Assembly (NCBI GenBank): GCA_951406725.2
Contig: OX597823.1
Span: forward strand, 27,342,001-27,406,000
Direction of reading: 5' to 3'
DNA: 64,000 nt
Source: Octopus vulgaris
Lineage: Eukaryota
The notes beneath the pieces are model-generated. The model ran no database searches. It saw only the letters and a list, made by a program, of their open reading frames with translations, and was not told where the DNA came from. Both the position numbers and the translations under genes were made by a program. Within the stretch, counting starts at the first letter, position 1; each line of letters begins with the position of its first letter. Below are positions 14,647 to 28,264 of the stretch, in pieces.

Positions 14647-14662
<16 letters not shown>
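14412..14662 (+). mobile_element. RTE-clade LINE 3' end (C-terminal zinc finger, 3' UTR, (ATT)n tail)
   Basis: AEQKRQMRKAR...CPTCGRGFLARIGLTSHLRSH is the typical RTE/BovB-like C-terminus; followed by GTCATCTTCGAACCGAAGGACGAAC and (ATT)n. Confidence 0.85.
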
Positions 14663-14700
<38 letters not shown>

Positions 14701-14705
14701 TATAT

Positions 14706-14915
14706 AGTTAAGTTAATCCTAACGTGAAAACACCAAGAGAAAACACAACAACGCGAGGACGTAAAACAAATGTAGTATTATTGGACGCTCAGGAAGGAAG
14801 GGAAGAAGAGGGGTTTTACGTTTCGAGCGGATCTCTTCATCAGAAACATAGGAAAAGGAAAGATCCAGAGAAGAGAAGACGGAGGAGAAAAAAATCGCCA
14901 ACGGTACACAGGCGG

Positions 14916-14919
<4 letters not shown>
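14706..14919 (-). mobile_element. ~210-bp hammerhead-containing element, copy 1
   Basis: Near-identical reverse complement of 34115-34323. Confidence 0.85.
14813..14847 (-). ncRNA. Minimal type I hammerhead motif
   Basis: Reverse complement GTTT-CTGATGA-A-GAG.ATCCG.CTC-GAAAC-GTA-AAAC. Confidence 0.7.
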
Positions 14920-14954
<35 letters not shown>

Positions 14955-14971
14955 TATATATATATAGATAA

Positions 14972-15067
<96 letters not shown>

Positions 15068-15284
15068 AACTTACTTGGAAATGGATGCGTAGCGTTCGAT
15101 CATATAATAACAAACTAATAAATAAAACATATGCATATATACATACATATATGTACATAACTACATTTATATGTTTATATACATGCATATATAGGTACAG
15201 GACACCAAAAAAACGTCGAACACAATGAGAAACGAAAACATAAAAAACAAAACTATGGAAATGGACTTTTTTCAAACAACGATA

Positions 15285-15508
15285 TATCTGTAAGTGTAAT
15301 ATGTGACAATTATTCGGTAGGCATGATAAAACTCCGAGTTTTGGATGCCGAGGAGAAAATCCATGCCGACATCTCTTCAGTTATCCGGCCATTAGAAAAA
15401 TACTATGAAAAATCTTAATGATTGTCACATATTACATTTACAGATAATTTCCTCTATTTACATAATATCGAGGTCTCTTTCGTTCTTTTGTTGTCTTACC
15501 ATTTTTAT

Positions 15509-15512
<4 letters not shown>
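15285..15512. mobile_element. Miniature fold-back relative of the pLTR of the PLE at 53795-55204
   Basis: 15285-15410 matches 53860-53985; 15435-15512 is the reverse complement of 53795-53885; short IR ATCTGTAAGTGTAATATGTGACAAT / ATTGTCACATATTACATTTACAGAT. Confidence 0.75.
15325..15385 (-). ncRNA. Hammerhead motif, GAAA decayed to AAAA
   Basis: Reverse complement GATAA-CTGAAGA-GATGTCGG...TCGGCATC-C-AAAAC-TCGGA-GTT-TTATC. Confidence 0.6.
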
Positions 15513-15546
<34 letters not shown>

Positions 15547-15584
15547 GTATGTATGTTGTTTTGAAAATAAAGAAATACATAAAG

Positions 15585-15632
<48 letters not shown>

Positions 15633-15738
15633 GCAACTGCTGGTCTTCCATAAACAACCTTGCCCAGATTTGTACCTCGGAGGGGAACTTTCTAGGTGCG
15701 ATCCCATGGTCATTCATAACCGAAAGGTCTTGATCATA

Positions 15739-15925
<187 letters not shown>

Positions 15926-15954
15926 GTATATTTATATATACATATGTATATAAA

Positions 15955-16520
15955 TAGATGAGTGTATTTTTACCTTGTTAACAATTAACACGGAAAAAAT
16001 AAATAAATAGTTAACGGGGTAGCAAAAATCTCACAAGTAAAGATGTTGTAACTCCTTGTTTAACGCAGGTGCAAATGAAATATTTTTACTTTCGACACAT
16101 GTTTCGAAAATTCCACTGATACTATTCAAAAGAATAAATGGTATAAACAATGCAATCTTCTCTTCAGGAAAGTGAAAAAAATGAAACTCGTCAATAAGAC
16201 ATTTTAGCAAAAAATGATGGATTTGTATAGCGATTGACTGAACGCTATTAATATTGTTTAAAAAAACGTTATATAATATAACGTGATAAGTAGCTTATTG
16301 AAAGAGTAAGGATATTAATAGTGAATGTTAAATATAAAGGAAATTAAAGTTTAAATTATATATAATGATAGAGACTACTTATATGCACTAAATGTGTGTT
16401 TTTGCCAATGTTTACATCTGTATGCTCGCTCTAGGGGATTTTTAGAAAAAATTATGAAAAATAGCTTGAAAGTAAAAATATTTGATTTACACCTGCGTTA
16501 AACTCCATTTATTTATTCAT
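15955..16520 (-). mobile_element. Non-coding hammerhead-bearing element between (TA)n tracts, same family as 55321-56195
   Basis: Shared blocks AATAAA(T/C)AGTTA..GGGTAGCAAAA and ACTTATATG..CTAAA.GT.TGTTT.TGCCAATG.TTACAT. Confidence 0.7.
16088..16173 (-). ncRNA. Canonical type I hammerhead ribozyme with long stem-loop II
   Basis: Reverse complement ACTTTC-CTGAAGA-GAAGA...TTTTC-GAAAC-ATGT-GTC-GAAAGT; intact core, 6-bp stem I, GUC site. Confidence 0.85.
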
Positions 16521-16531
16521 ATATATGTATA

Positions 16532-16594
<63 letters not shown>

Positions 16595-16629
16595 ATATAT
16601 ATACATATATATATACACATATATATATA

Positions 16630-16678
<49 letters not shown>

Positions 16679-16698
16679 ATATATATATATATATATGA

Positions 16699-16745
<47 letters not shown>

Positions 16746-17043
16746 CATATATATATATAGCGACAGCTGATGACGGTGGATTTTTCCTTGTGTAGCATGT
16801 CCTGTACTTGTTTTCTTGTTGAAAAAATTTTTGTATTTCCCGTTTCTACGTCTTGTTGTGGTGTCCTGTACTTACGTATATTTATTTATATATGCATGTA
16901 TATATACATGTAGATGTAGGTACGTACATATATGTTTGTATGTATGCATATATTTTTATTTATTACATTATTGTCTGACAGCGCCTCGCGTCAGGTTCGT
17001 TTCGATTTGTCGGTTCGTTCCACTTCTTGTCTCCATTTAATTT

Positions 17044-17175
<132 letters not shown>

Positions 17176-17186
17176 CATATACATAT

Positions 17187-17517
17187 GATCAAGACCTTTC
17201 GGTTATGAATGACCATGGGATTGCACCTAGAAAGTTATCCCCCCAAACACAACTCCCAGCAAGAGTGTTTATGGAAGACCAGCAGTCGGCCATGCATATC
17301 ATCTTCTCCTCTCAACGCCACTGATGTTATCCAAGGGAAAGGTAAAGGGGCCGATACAGCTTGGCACCAGTGACGTCGCAACTCATTTCTACAGCTGAGT
17401 GAACTGGAGCAATGTAAAATTAAGTGTCTTGCTCAAGAACACAACACACAACCCGGTCGAGAATTGAACTCACAGCCTCATGATTGTGAACCCGACGCTC
17501 CAACCACTGAGCCATGC
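17187..17517 (-). mobile_element. SINE family D, full length
   Basis: Reverse complement GCATGGCTCAGTGGTTGGAGCG...GAGTTCAATTCTCGACC; copies at 47479-47795 and 15630-15737. Confidence 0.85.
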
Positions 17518-17528
17518 ATATGATAATG

Positions 17529-17592
<64 letters not shown>

Positions 17593-18837
17593 CAACAATA
17601 ATGTGGTGTATACAGACTTTTTCAACCTCAAAATTATATTTCTTTTTATTTTACAATTTCAAACAGCATATCTTTGTGGTTATTACGACCTACACGTGTT
17701 TTCACTGCACACATGCAGCCGAGCATAATTTTCTGTGTAGCTTCGTTCAGGGTCTGTCCACCAGCTAGTTTCGTAGCGAACTGAGTATTGCTAGTTGTTT
17801 GTTGGTTAGCGTTCTGGGGGTAAGTGAAGGGAGGCTGGTTGGAATGTGAAATCTGATCTGTTTGTAAGCTTATGTCTTTGACCTCGGTTTCACACCAGTT
17901 GCTGTCTGTCCAAAGTCTAATTAGGTCGATGTTAATATTACTGTTTTGGCAGGCTTCGTTGTGTATTGCAGTAGTTGGGTACTTAGTAACCTTGCTTTCA
18001 AGAGCAGTCCTTCTAATGTAATGTTTTTTAATTATTCATTTATTTTCGTAGCTATGTTATTTGTGCTTGATAGTAGAACGTAGAACATATATTAAGTTGG
18101 TTGCGTCAAAGCCATATATTTGTGGAGTTTGCGATATGTGCTTCTGTCCTTCCTATCTCACCCATCTGTGAGTGGGATATCCAGTTGTCTAGAACGTTCG
18201 TTAAATTTCATAAATGTTTTGGTATGTTCATACAGTGTGATTTGTTAAAGATTCGGTTAATATTTCTAGCATCCTGAAAACCTGCATAGAGTCTTTCTCG
18301 CTGATTTGTTTATACGTATGTAGTCTGTAATTTCGTCTCTAATACTGACGCTGGTTTAAATTCTCAGCCACTGTATGTCACAGATTAATGAGTTTAATTA
18401 TCTAGTTAGTTGATTGTCTGACCGTCTGGTGGGATCATTGACTATTTGTCTGTTATCTTGTATTTGGTTAGTTATGAGAATAACCTCCACATGAGCTCTG
18501 ATTCAAAGATAATAAGTAAAGCCATTTCGACCGTGATAATTCGGTTTGCTTTGCAGGTGCAATTTATCTTTGACTGCAGAGCGTTTCCACCATTTGCTCA
18601 AGTTAGTAAGATGTGAGTCGAGGAAATGTTAACTGCTATTTCTAAATGCTTGAGTGATCACTCAGAGCAGTCACGGCCAAACTGCAGCCTGCGGGACTTT
18701 CTGAGTGATACGACGAACGAAAGATCACCTCGAATGTTTTCCATTGGTGCGATTCGTCTGATAATGAGCCATGTCTCATGTGATCCGTTTCTTAGCAACT
18801 CCCTCACAGATACAGTCATAATTTAGTCGTTATTTTA

Positions 18838-18997
18838 TTGTGTCAGGAGAGGGTCATTCTCTTTTAGTACCTTATTAATTTAACACACACACTGCTCTGA
18901 TTTCCACCTATGTACTTATTTACCTTTACTAAAATTTTCATTGCGCCTTGCAACATTTTCTATAGTCGTTGACTGTCTCCGTTAATGGAACTGCGTG
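18838..18997 (-). mobile_element. Single arm of the 62530-63081 fold-back family, with a decayed U3A8-type hammerhead (18928-18966)
   Basis: Aligns to 62530-62685; reverse complement ACTA-TAGAAAA-T-GTTGC.AAGGC.GCAAT-GAAAATT-T-TAGT. Confidence 0.65.
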
Positions 18998-19016
18998 TGC
19001 GTCAGTGTGCATGCGC

Positions 19017-19050
<34 letters not shown>

Positions 19051-19113
19051 TGTATGTATGTATGTATGTATGTGTGTATTCATATCTATCAATCTATCCA
19101 TCTATCTATCTAA

Positions 19114-19161
<48 letters not shown>

Positions 19162-19235
19162 ATATATATATATATACATATATATACACATATACATATA
19201 TATATATATACACATATATATATACATATATATAC

Positions 19236-19270
<35 letters not shown>

Positions 19271-19385
19271 CATATATACATATACATATATGCATATACA
19301 CATATACATATACATATATACATATATACATATACATATATAAATATACATATATACATATACATATATACATATACATATATAC

Positions 19386-19416
<31 letters not shown>

Positions 19417-19417
19417 C

Positions 19418-19458
<41 letters not shown>

Positions 19459-19464
19459 AATATA

Positions 19465-19720
19465 TGTTAATAAAATATATGCATATATATAAACATATAT
19501 GTACGTACCTACCTCTACATGTACATATACACGCATATATGTGTACAGGACACCAAAAGGACGTCGAACACATAGAGAGACGAAAAACATAGACACATAC
19601 CAAGGAACAAGACAAGCAAAAAAAGGAGATACAGGACAATAAGCACAACGAAAAATCCCCTTCTTCAGTCGCTAAAGTTTCATCTACTAAACGTTTCGAA
19701 GGATTATACATATATATCTC
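19465..19720. repeat. Interspersed repeat between microsatellites; relatives at 15100-15280 and 16760-16985 (inverted)
   Basis: GTACAGGACACCAAAA..ACGTCGAACACA..GAGA.ACGAAAA shared. Confidence 0.65.
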
Positions 19721-19730
19721 GTATCTATAC

Positions 19731-19769
<39 letters not shown>

Positions 19770-20267
19770 GCATTCAACAACGTGTGATTTTCAAGGACTG
19801 CTGCATTGTGAGGGAAACTTTTGGTTGCTATTTCTAGAACGTAAATAATCGCTTCGTTACTCGTTGTGTTGTTACTGCATCTGTTGCCGCTGTTATCGCT
19901 GTTTGCTATTTTTGTTAATCACGGTGGTGTGTTACATCCAGGTGAGCAGACTTAAAGCAGCAAGCTGGAGCAAGATGTCAGCTACTTGGCAGCAGAGAAA
20001 GCAAATTGGCTTTAGTTACCAGTTGAATCCAAAGCCGTAGGTAGACGTCGTTAATACCATTGAGAATAGGATATGCGTATCATACAGCATTATTTCACAT
20101 TTTCCCGCACATTTATCTAACGGAGGAAGCAGGAAATGTAATGTCCATGCTGGAAGCAGAACAATTGTTGCAATTAGGGCATCTAAATCCGAATGTGGAG
20201 TAAATTTGCAAACACGCATGCACATATGCACATGCTAATTTATGTGAGTATAGTTGTATATACATAT

Positions 20268-20303
<36 letters not shown>

Positions 20304-20338
20304 CTCTCTCCATCTATGTATGTATGTATGTATGTATG

Positions 20339-20383
<45 letters not shown>

Positions 20384-20430
20384 ATCTTTCTATCTATCTC
20401 TCCCTATTTTTGTCTGTATGTATGTCTGTA

Positions 20431-20477
<47 letters not shown>

Positions 20478-20509
20478 AGCTATTTGTGTGTGTATCTATG
20501 CATGTGTCT

Positions 20510-20720
20510 TTGTGCCTGTGTTTGACCCAAACCACAATTCGACAACCAGTATTGGTGTTTTCCCGTCCCCGTTACCTCGCAATTCGTCAAAAAAAAACTA
20601 TAGAATAAGTAGCAAGCTTTTAAAAGTCCTGGGGTCGGTTTGTTCGACTGAAAAAAACCCCTTTAAGGTAGTGCCCCAGAATGGCCGCAATCAAAATGAC
20701 TGAAACTGAAACAAGTAAAA
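20510..20720 (+). mobile_element. SINE family A 3' half
   Basis: TAGAATAAGTA...GTCCTGGGGTCGGTTTGTTCGACT...AAATGACTGAAAC. Confidence 0.65.
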
Positions 20721-20824
20721 TATGCAAAAGATATATAAACCTCATTCTCTCTATGTATATATATATATATATGTATGTATGTATAATATAATATACATTA
20801 TATATATATATATGTGTGTAATAG

Positions 20825-20883
<59 letters not shown>

Positions 20884-21025
20884 GCACTTGCACACATTTA
20901 TTTACATTTAAGGAATGTGTCCATGTGTATATATATATATATAAATATATGTAAGTACACATATATGCTTGCTTATGTCCGGATATATACGTGCGTGATA
21001 TATTCACACACATATAGATACTTTC

Positions 21026-21154
<129 letters not shown>

Positions 21155-22699
21155 CTTCATTTAATACTTCTACTATTCTGATGTTTTTCATTGTTTTACT
21201 TCCAATTACAAAGAATCTATTTAATGTGCTTCTCCTGTTCACCTGTAATCTCTTAACTACTAACGTCTATGACCAGGAATAAAAGAAGAGACCGAGTTGA
21301 ACAAGATGAAGTAAGAAGGAATGATAAAAAGGAGATTTGTAGTGAAATGCTGTGTTCATGCATATTCATAAGAAATTTCTGGACAAAATAAATCCAGTGA
21401 TGTACAGCTAGCATGCTAACAACAAAAACAGCAACCAAGCCAACAGCAGCTATTACAACAACAATAACGATTGGGAGGAAACTTCAACAGAAGTAGCTAC
21501 GTGGACAACAACAGCAATAACAATAACAGCAGAAACAACACCAACAGTAACATAATTTACGATATCGACATAAAGTCTACGAAATAACTACGACAAGTAA
21601 AACGACAACCAAACTTTGAAAACATTGTGACTAACGCAATCGAAGCAGCAACAGCACCTGCAACAACAATAACAGCATACAACACCAACGGAATCAATAT
21701 CGATGACGCTATTGACATGAACAATATTAACCAGATAACTTCTATTGATTAGTTCGAGAAGGTTAGGTAGCATCTAGAACTGTTTTCCAGGGTCTATGTT
21801 ACTTGTGGTTTTGTAAGAAACAGCAATGGACTACAATTTATGAATCATTTTTGCTTACCTTCTGGTCATACCAGATCATCAATATTGTGATCATAGTTAT
21901 TCTACCGGTGACTACCCAGTTTTATTAAGGGTTTGTTGGACTACGTTATCTAGTTTGCTCTCTCTCTCTTTCCTTCTCTCTCTCTCCCGCTTTCTCAATC
22001 TCTCTCTCTCTCTCTCTCTCTCTCAAACTGAAATAAGGAACAATTGTCTGTGATACTTTATCAAAACATTCCAGCGGAGAGAGAAATTGGAATTGTTAGA
22101 GATTTGTGAACAAATAAATGATAAACGAATCGAAGGAGTAACGCGTAGTGTTGCCAGGTGTGAATGACGAAGGCTGACACTCTCGTAGATGGAGCTTGTG
22201 AATCAAAGGTTTAGAGTGGGAATTGAAGGGGAAGTTGAACAACTAGATTTGAACAGTGAAGGAAGCTAGAAAGAGTCCATTTTTACAAACTAAGTAAAAC
22301 AAAATATTGGTTTACAATAAAGAATGGAAATTGTAAAATGGTAAGTGGATATAACGAGAGACAAGAGAAATAATATTTAGAGGACTATTCAAATATAAAA
22401 TACTCTTTATTTAATTAGAGTCTCATATATATATAATATAATTAAGTAACACTCAATCAATCGATATTATTCAAGCAATTATTAGTAAAAACACCCCTTG
22501 AATAGGTAAATATTGACGGTACAAAATAGATCGATCTAATCTTTATATCCTACGCATGAAAGCAAGATCTGAGAACATGAATCGGTTTTATTGTTTATTG
22601 ATCTATTACTGATAATCAAAAATCATCATCATTATTTTGTCTCTATTCCCGTGGGTAGCCTTTGAGAGAACTATTGGTTCAGAAAAGTATTTATATCAT

Positions 22700-23430
22700 G
22701 TTCTTTCGAAAGTTTATAAAATTCTTATCACATTGTATACTGAGGAACATGGTTGACAATATTAGTAAATGGGTATCCGTGCTGTCTTCTGATGAAGATG
22801 TTTTTTTATGGATGCAACTGGATATTATAATGAGGCGCTTAGAAATAGTTGGTTCTCTGATAAGTTTAGATACATAAAAAACGGTGGAAATACACAGCAT
22901 AACAATAGGAATAGGCAAAGGAACATTTTATTGTATTATTCAGTATTTAACCTAGAAGTAAAAGCAAACAGCTAGGCAACAAAGATGGTGTAACAGTAGA
23001 ATTAGTGAGAATTGTCCACTAGACAGTTACTGTGTGGCAACGTCGATAGCATACAGTACGAAGGTTGAATCAAGTAGCGGTAAAAAAAACTAAAGCATGC
23101 ATTGTGGCAACAGAACTCACATTAAAAAATCGTTACCACAAGCATAAGCATTCATTTGTCAACCTTGAAAGAAGTAACTCTGAAGACCGGGAAATGTTGA
23201 TCTTTACATGTTTTTGTGTGAAACAAGTCGTCTTGAACTCATTATTATCTAGTTTATTGTAGATCAAAACTATATGGGGAACAAGACACTTCACAATCAA
23301 AGATGAAGAGTGACACTTTATTTGAGTAAAATAAAACGAGTATTTAAACTCAAGGTACCAAGTTTGAACAAAAGAACGGACTGTTCATACCTCGTATGTA
23401 CGCGGTTAAGTATCATTTCAGGCAAATACC
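22700..23430 (+). pseudogene. Decayed PLE RT-thumb/GIY-YIG fragment, same type as 54142-55010
   Basis: ILRNMVDNISKWVSVLSSDEDVF, RNRQRNILLY, NCPLDSYCVATSIAY, TELTLKNRYHKHKHSF and SLNKRT parallel the 54142-55010 protein. Confidence 0.7.
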
Positions 23431-24157
23431 AGGTTCCTTTCGCTCTGGTTTAGAAAAATGCGTTGGTTTTCGAAATGTTCAATAAAATGGCTTTAATGAT
23501 ATATATTTTAATATGATTGGACGCGAGTCTATGTGTCAGTATATGTATATATGTATGTATATATGTACATGAACATACAGTTTGGGGTATAAATGTGTGC
23601 CCATGAGTGTACATATGTGTATATTTAAGCGTCTGCACAGGCGCATGCAAAATGATCGCCTGCATACACACTCATTCTAATTAAAAATATTTTATTAGAA
23701 ATATTTGTTAAAATTATTATTTTGGAACACTGCTTAAACAGCAATGCACTTCCAAGACTTCGATTTTATGGATTTTACGACGTTTATAATAATATTAGAG
23801 AACCAGAAATAAAATCAAAAGCGTGGACTTGGAGCAACCGTTTTTATTTCATTTTTTGTTTCTTGTATTTATATTCGTGTGGCATCCTGTCTTTGTTTCG
23901 TATACATTCGTCCTCTTTCTAAGAAATCTAATGCCTGTGGCTTAGTTCTTTGCAAGCTCAGATTGCTTGCTGTTCACTGGAAACAAGCAACTCTGAAGAC
24001 TGGAAATGAGATCCTTTCAGTTATGAATTTTGAAAGAATACTCTACATTTGTAATGAGTTCTGTATTTTATCGCTTTTGGTAAATCAAAATTATGTTACA
24101 CACACACACATACCCACACACACAGTTTGTAATTTATATTTTATATTTTATACACAC

Positions 24158-24201
<44 letters not shown>

Positions 24202-24309
24202 TATATATATGTTTGTATATGTATATATATATATATGTATATATATGTATCATACATATGCATTCTTACCCAACGTTCAGCCAATGCCACGATGGTGGTA
24301 TTTCCATTG

Positions 24310-24752
24310 TTAACAGTGAGAACAAAATGGCTAATAAATTTTGTGTTGACTAGAATTCTCATGTTTCTAGCCAACGATGCATTTCTTGGAATCTTTGTCA
24401 GTGTAACAGTCGCGATCTAAAGCGACGAAAATATGTTTGACGATTAGTTATGAACTATTTGGAGAGTAAGGAGAACAACTATTTGTCATAGGCTGTTGTC
24501 TTACTGCATATTCATCTTAGTAATCTTTCATATATATATATATATATATACAATATATATAGATATATATGAATTCAACGTCACGTATTTCAGATTTTCA
24601 CTGTTTACTAAGAATGTCCGTTTCTGTCAAAGTCCACCTGCCCGCTCACTACACTCACAAGGATTAGTAGAATATGTACATATATATGTGTGTGTGTGTG
24701 CATGAGAGAGAGATGAGAGAGTATTTGTATTGTGTGTGTGTGTGTGTTAACA

Positions 24753-24808
<56 letters not shown>

Positions 24809-24845
24809 CATATGTATATACATATATATACACATATATATATAC

Positions 24846-24905
<60 letters not shown>

Positions 24906-25360
24906 GTATATATATATGTGTATATATATATATATACATAAGCATTTTGCCCAATTCAGCCAAACATATGGCATATTTGAACTTTCATTAACATGAGAAC
25001 AAATACAATAAATTTATTTTGCATGATTATCATGTTTCTAGCAACCCATTGCATTTCTTGGACTCTTTTCATACTGTGTATAACAGTCCCTAAGTTGTTT
25101 ATATTAGTTATGAACTATTTAAGGTAAGGAGAACAACTATTTGTCATAGGCTGTTGTCTTACTGCATATTCATCTTAGTATCTTTCTAAATCTTTTTACC
25201 GCTACACAATAAAAGATTTTGAATTCAACGTCACGTATTTCAGATTTTCACTGTTTACTAAGAATGTCGGTTTCTGTCGAAGTCCACCTGCCCTTCTTCA
25301 CTACACTCACAAAGATTAGTAGAATATGTACATATATATGTGTGTGTGTGTGCATGAGAG
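24310..25360. repeat. Imperfect tandem duplication (~24310-24720 vs ~24985-25360)
   Basis: GTAAGGAGAACAACTATTTGTCATAGGCTGTTGTCTTACTGCATATTCATCTTAGTA and GAATTCAACGTCACG... each occur twice. Confidence 0.85.
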
Positions 25361-25373
25361 AGAGAGAGAGAGA

Positions 25374-25466
<93 letters not shown>

Positions 25467-25734
25467 TGTGTGTTTACACACGCGCGCGCACTCCGAAACA
25501 AAAAGCAAAAATTCTAAAATAAACATCTGTGTGAAAAATAACAGAATATCAAATTTGAAAAGTATGTGTGCATGTGCGCGTATATATATATGTATATATA
25601 CATATATATTTATACATTTATAAATATACATACAGATATACACAAACATGCACACAAACATACATACATCCATCCATCCATACATACATACATACATACA
25701 TACATACATGCATGCATAAAAGCACATTCATTCA

Positions 25735-25918
25735 CAGAGGTCAGCTGTCCTGCTGATGAGAATATCTCTCTGAAAATCAAAGAGAAAGAAGATAATTATG
25801 GACAACTGCTTGGACACTTCCAGTTCCTATATCCGGATTACAGATTTACATTTATACCAATAATAATTGGAGCACTTGATTTTGTTAGAAACCAGCTCTT
25901 CTTCAAAGAAAGAATCTA
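25735..25918 (+). pseudogene. R4/Dong-like LINE restriction-like endonuclease fragment 1
   Basis: EVSCPADENISLKIKEKEDNYGQLL...FTFIPIIIGAL. Confidence 0.7.
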
Positions 25919-26024
25919 GAACAGATATATAAAAAAAAACATACATACATACATACATACATACATACATACATACATACATACATACATACATACATAC
26001 ATACATACATACATACATACATAC

Positions 26025-26408
26025 AATGGTGGAATGTACTAGTGAAGACCTCAATAAAATGTAAGCACAAAAGACCTGATATAATGATTTGGGATAAAGA
26101 AGAGAAACTGCACAGTTGTGGAAATTAGCTGTCCAGCAAATGTTAACATAAAGCTGAAGATCAGTGAAAAAAACTGTTTATGTTGAACTATTGAGAAATT
26201 TGAAGTTACTCTATTCAGATTACAAGTTCAGGTTTATACTTGTAATTATTGGGACCCTGGTATATGTAACACACTGCGCAAATGCCAATCTTGAGAAATT
26301 AGGCTTCTCAAAACCAGAAAGAAGAAAGCTAATTCGAAACTGTACAGATTTAATCCATCACTAGAACTCTAAAAATCTGTAAAACTTTCCAGAAGTTTAT
26401 CATTTAAA
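26025..26408 (+). pseudogene. R4/Dong-like LINE restriction-like endonuclease fragment 2 (3' end)
   Basis: KCKHKRPDIMIWDKEEK...VVEISCPANVNIKLKISEK...YVELLRNLK...VIIGTL (PD-D/E motif); flanked by (TACA)n. Confidence 0.75.
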
Positions 26409-26768
26409 TATATATGAGCATGTCTAGATATGGAAGCACATGCATGAGAATACATACATAAAGCATACAAATCAGCACATACATACATACATACATACAA
26501 ACGCACATACATATATACATACGTATACATACATACACGCACATATGGATTCGGCTCAGTTTTACTGCGCGGCGCCTTGAGAAAGTGACTTCTACAATAG
26601 TCACGGGTCGACCAAAGACTTGTGAGTGGATTTGGTAGACGGAAACTGAAAGAATCCCGTTATATATATATATATATATTTTATTAGTAAAGCTGCAAAG
26701 ACATTACAAAAACTGTTTCACGTTCCCGTTCGTCGAACATTTATATATATATATACAACAAACATATA

Positions 26769-26813
<45 letters not shown>

Positions 26814-27231
26814 GGAATATATACTATTCCAAGAAGACGTTAGAAGTTGTGTAATCCAACCAAGCTAAGTGTATAATATCTATCCAATATACTGTTGCTA
26901 GAATACCCAGTTATTAATACGTTTCAAGCCTACGCTTTTTCAATGCATTGCAGGACACGAGAAAATAAACACAGTGAAAATAAAAAAGGAAAACTTTAGT
27001 AGCTAGCAGTCGATCATAGTGATACATGCATACATATACATACATACATATATACATACATACATACTACATATATATACATACATACATACATATATAT
27101 ATATGCATACATATATATATATATACATATATATATATACATATATATATATATACATATATATGCATACATATATATATACATACATATAAATATATAT
27201 ATATATATATATATACATACATACATATATA

Positions 27232-27289
<58 letters not shown>

Positions 27290-27292
<3 letters not shown>

Positions 27293-27831
27293 CAAAGAAA
27301 GTTAGAAGTTGTGAATCAACCAACTAAGGGATAATATCTATCCAATATACTGCTGCTAGAATACCCAGTTATTAATACACAAGTGTTTTTATTGCATTGC
27401 AGTTACATTACCGAGTGTACTAAATGGGTGAGGATAAAGAGATATTTTACCATTAATTTACAAAGCAATAAGAAAATGGAGGCGATCACTAGGTGGTTCA
27501 TCTACTTTCGACATTATATTATGTCAGTTTACTTATTTATTTATTAAAATGACAATTACAAGAATATACATACATGCATAACATATTATGCTTTACATAT
27601 AAAATATATTAGTATATAAAGATACCAGTAATCATTAAAATATTCCTGTATGTTATATTTTAATAATTACTGGTATCTTTATATATTAATATATTTTATA
27701 TGTAAAGCAAAATACGTTATACATGTATGCATATTCTACTAATTGTCATTTTAGTAAATAAATACATAAATTGACTTAATATAATGTCAAAAGTAGATGA
27801 ACCACCTATTGATCCTCTCCATTTTCTTATT

Positions 27832-27833
<2 letters not shown>
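27290..27833. mobile_element. Fold-back element (IR 27464-27833) with a one-sided extension 27290-27463 that is duplicated at 26825-26955
   Basis: AGCAATAAGAAAATGGAG / CTCCATTTTCTTATTGCT and TATAAAGATACCAGTAAT / ATTACTGGTATCTTTATA; microsatellite flanks. Confidence 0.8.
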
Positions 27834-27907
<74 letters not shown>

Positions 27908-28218
27908 GTGGAGTGCGCATGTCTTTCTGTCTGTCCTTGCCCACCACCACTGCCTGACAACCAATACTGGTGTGTTTACGTCTCCGCAACTTAGAAGTTC
28001 GCCAAAAGAAACCGATAGGAATAAGTACTTCTCTTCTATCTGTTCTTTTTCTTTGAGCCTAAACCACTGCCACTTCTTCTTCGCTTTGCAGGTTCATCGC
28101 TCTCAATATATCTTCCATATATATTCTCTCAGTGTTACCGTCCTGGTCTGTTACATTCTCTGCCACTCTACTACTTTTTTCCGTTTCTTCTAAAGTTGGT
28201 GACTTTTTGAAACGCTAC

Positions 28219-28264
28219 CCTGAACTGATGATGGGCAAAACACAAAAACATGCATGTATTCAGG
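28219..28264 (+). ncRNA. Decayed type I hammerhead motif
   Basis: CCTGAA-CTGATGA-TGGG.CAAAA.CACA-AAAAC-ATGCAT-GTA-TTCAGG; perfect 6-bp stem I, palindromic stem III, G12 lost. Confidence 0.65.

Noticed and set aside
17640-18830. Possible LINE or exon sequence
   Set aside because: My translations gave no recognisable motif.
19655-19710. Minus-strand CGAAACG and CTGAAGAAG
   Set aside because: Wrong order for a type I motif, and no pairing found for a permuted type.
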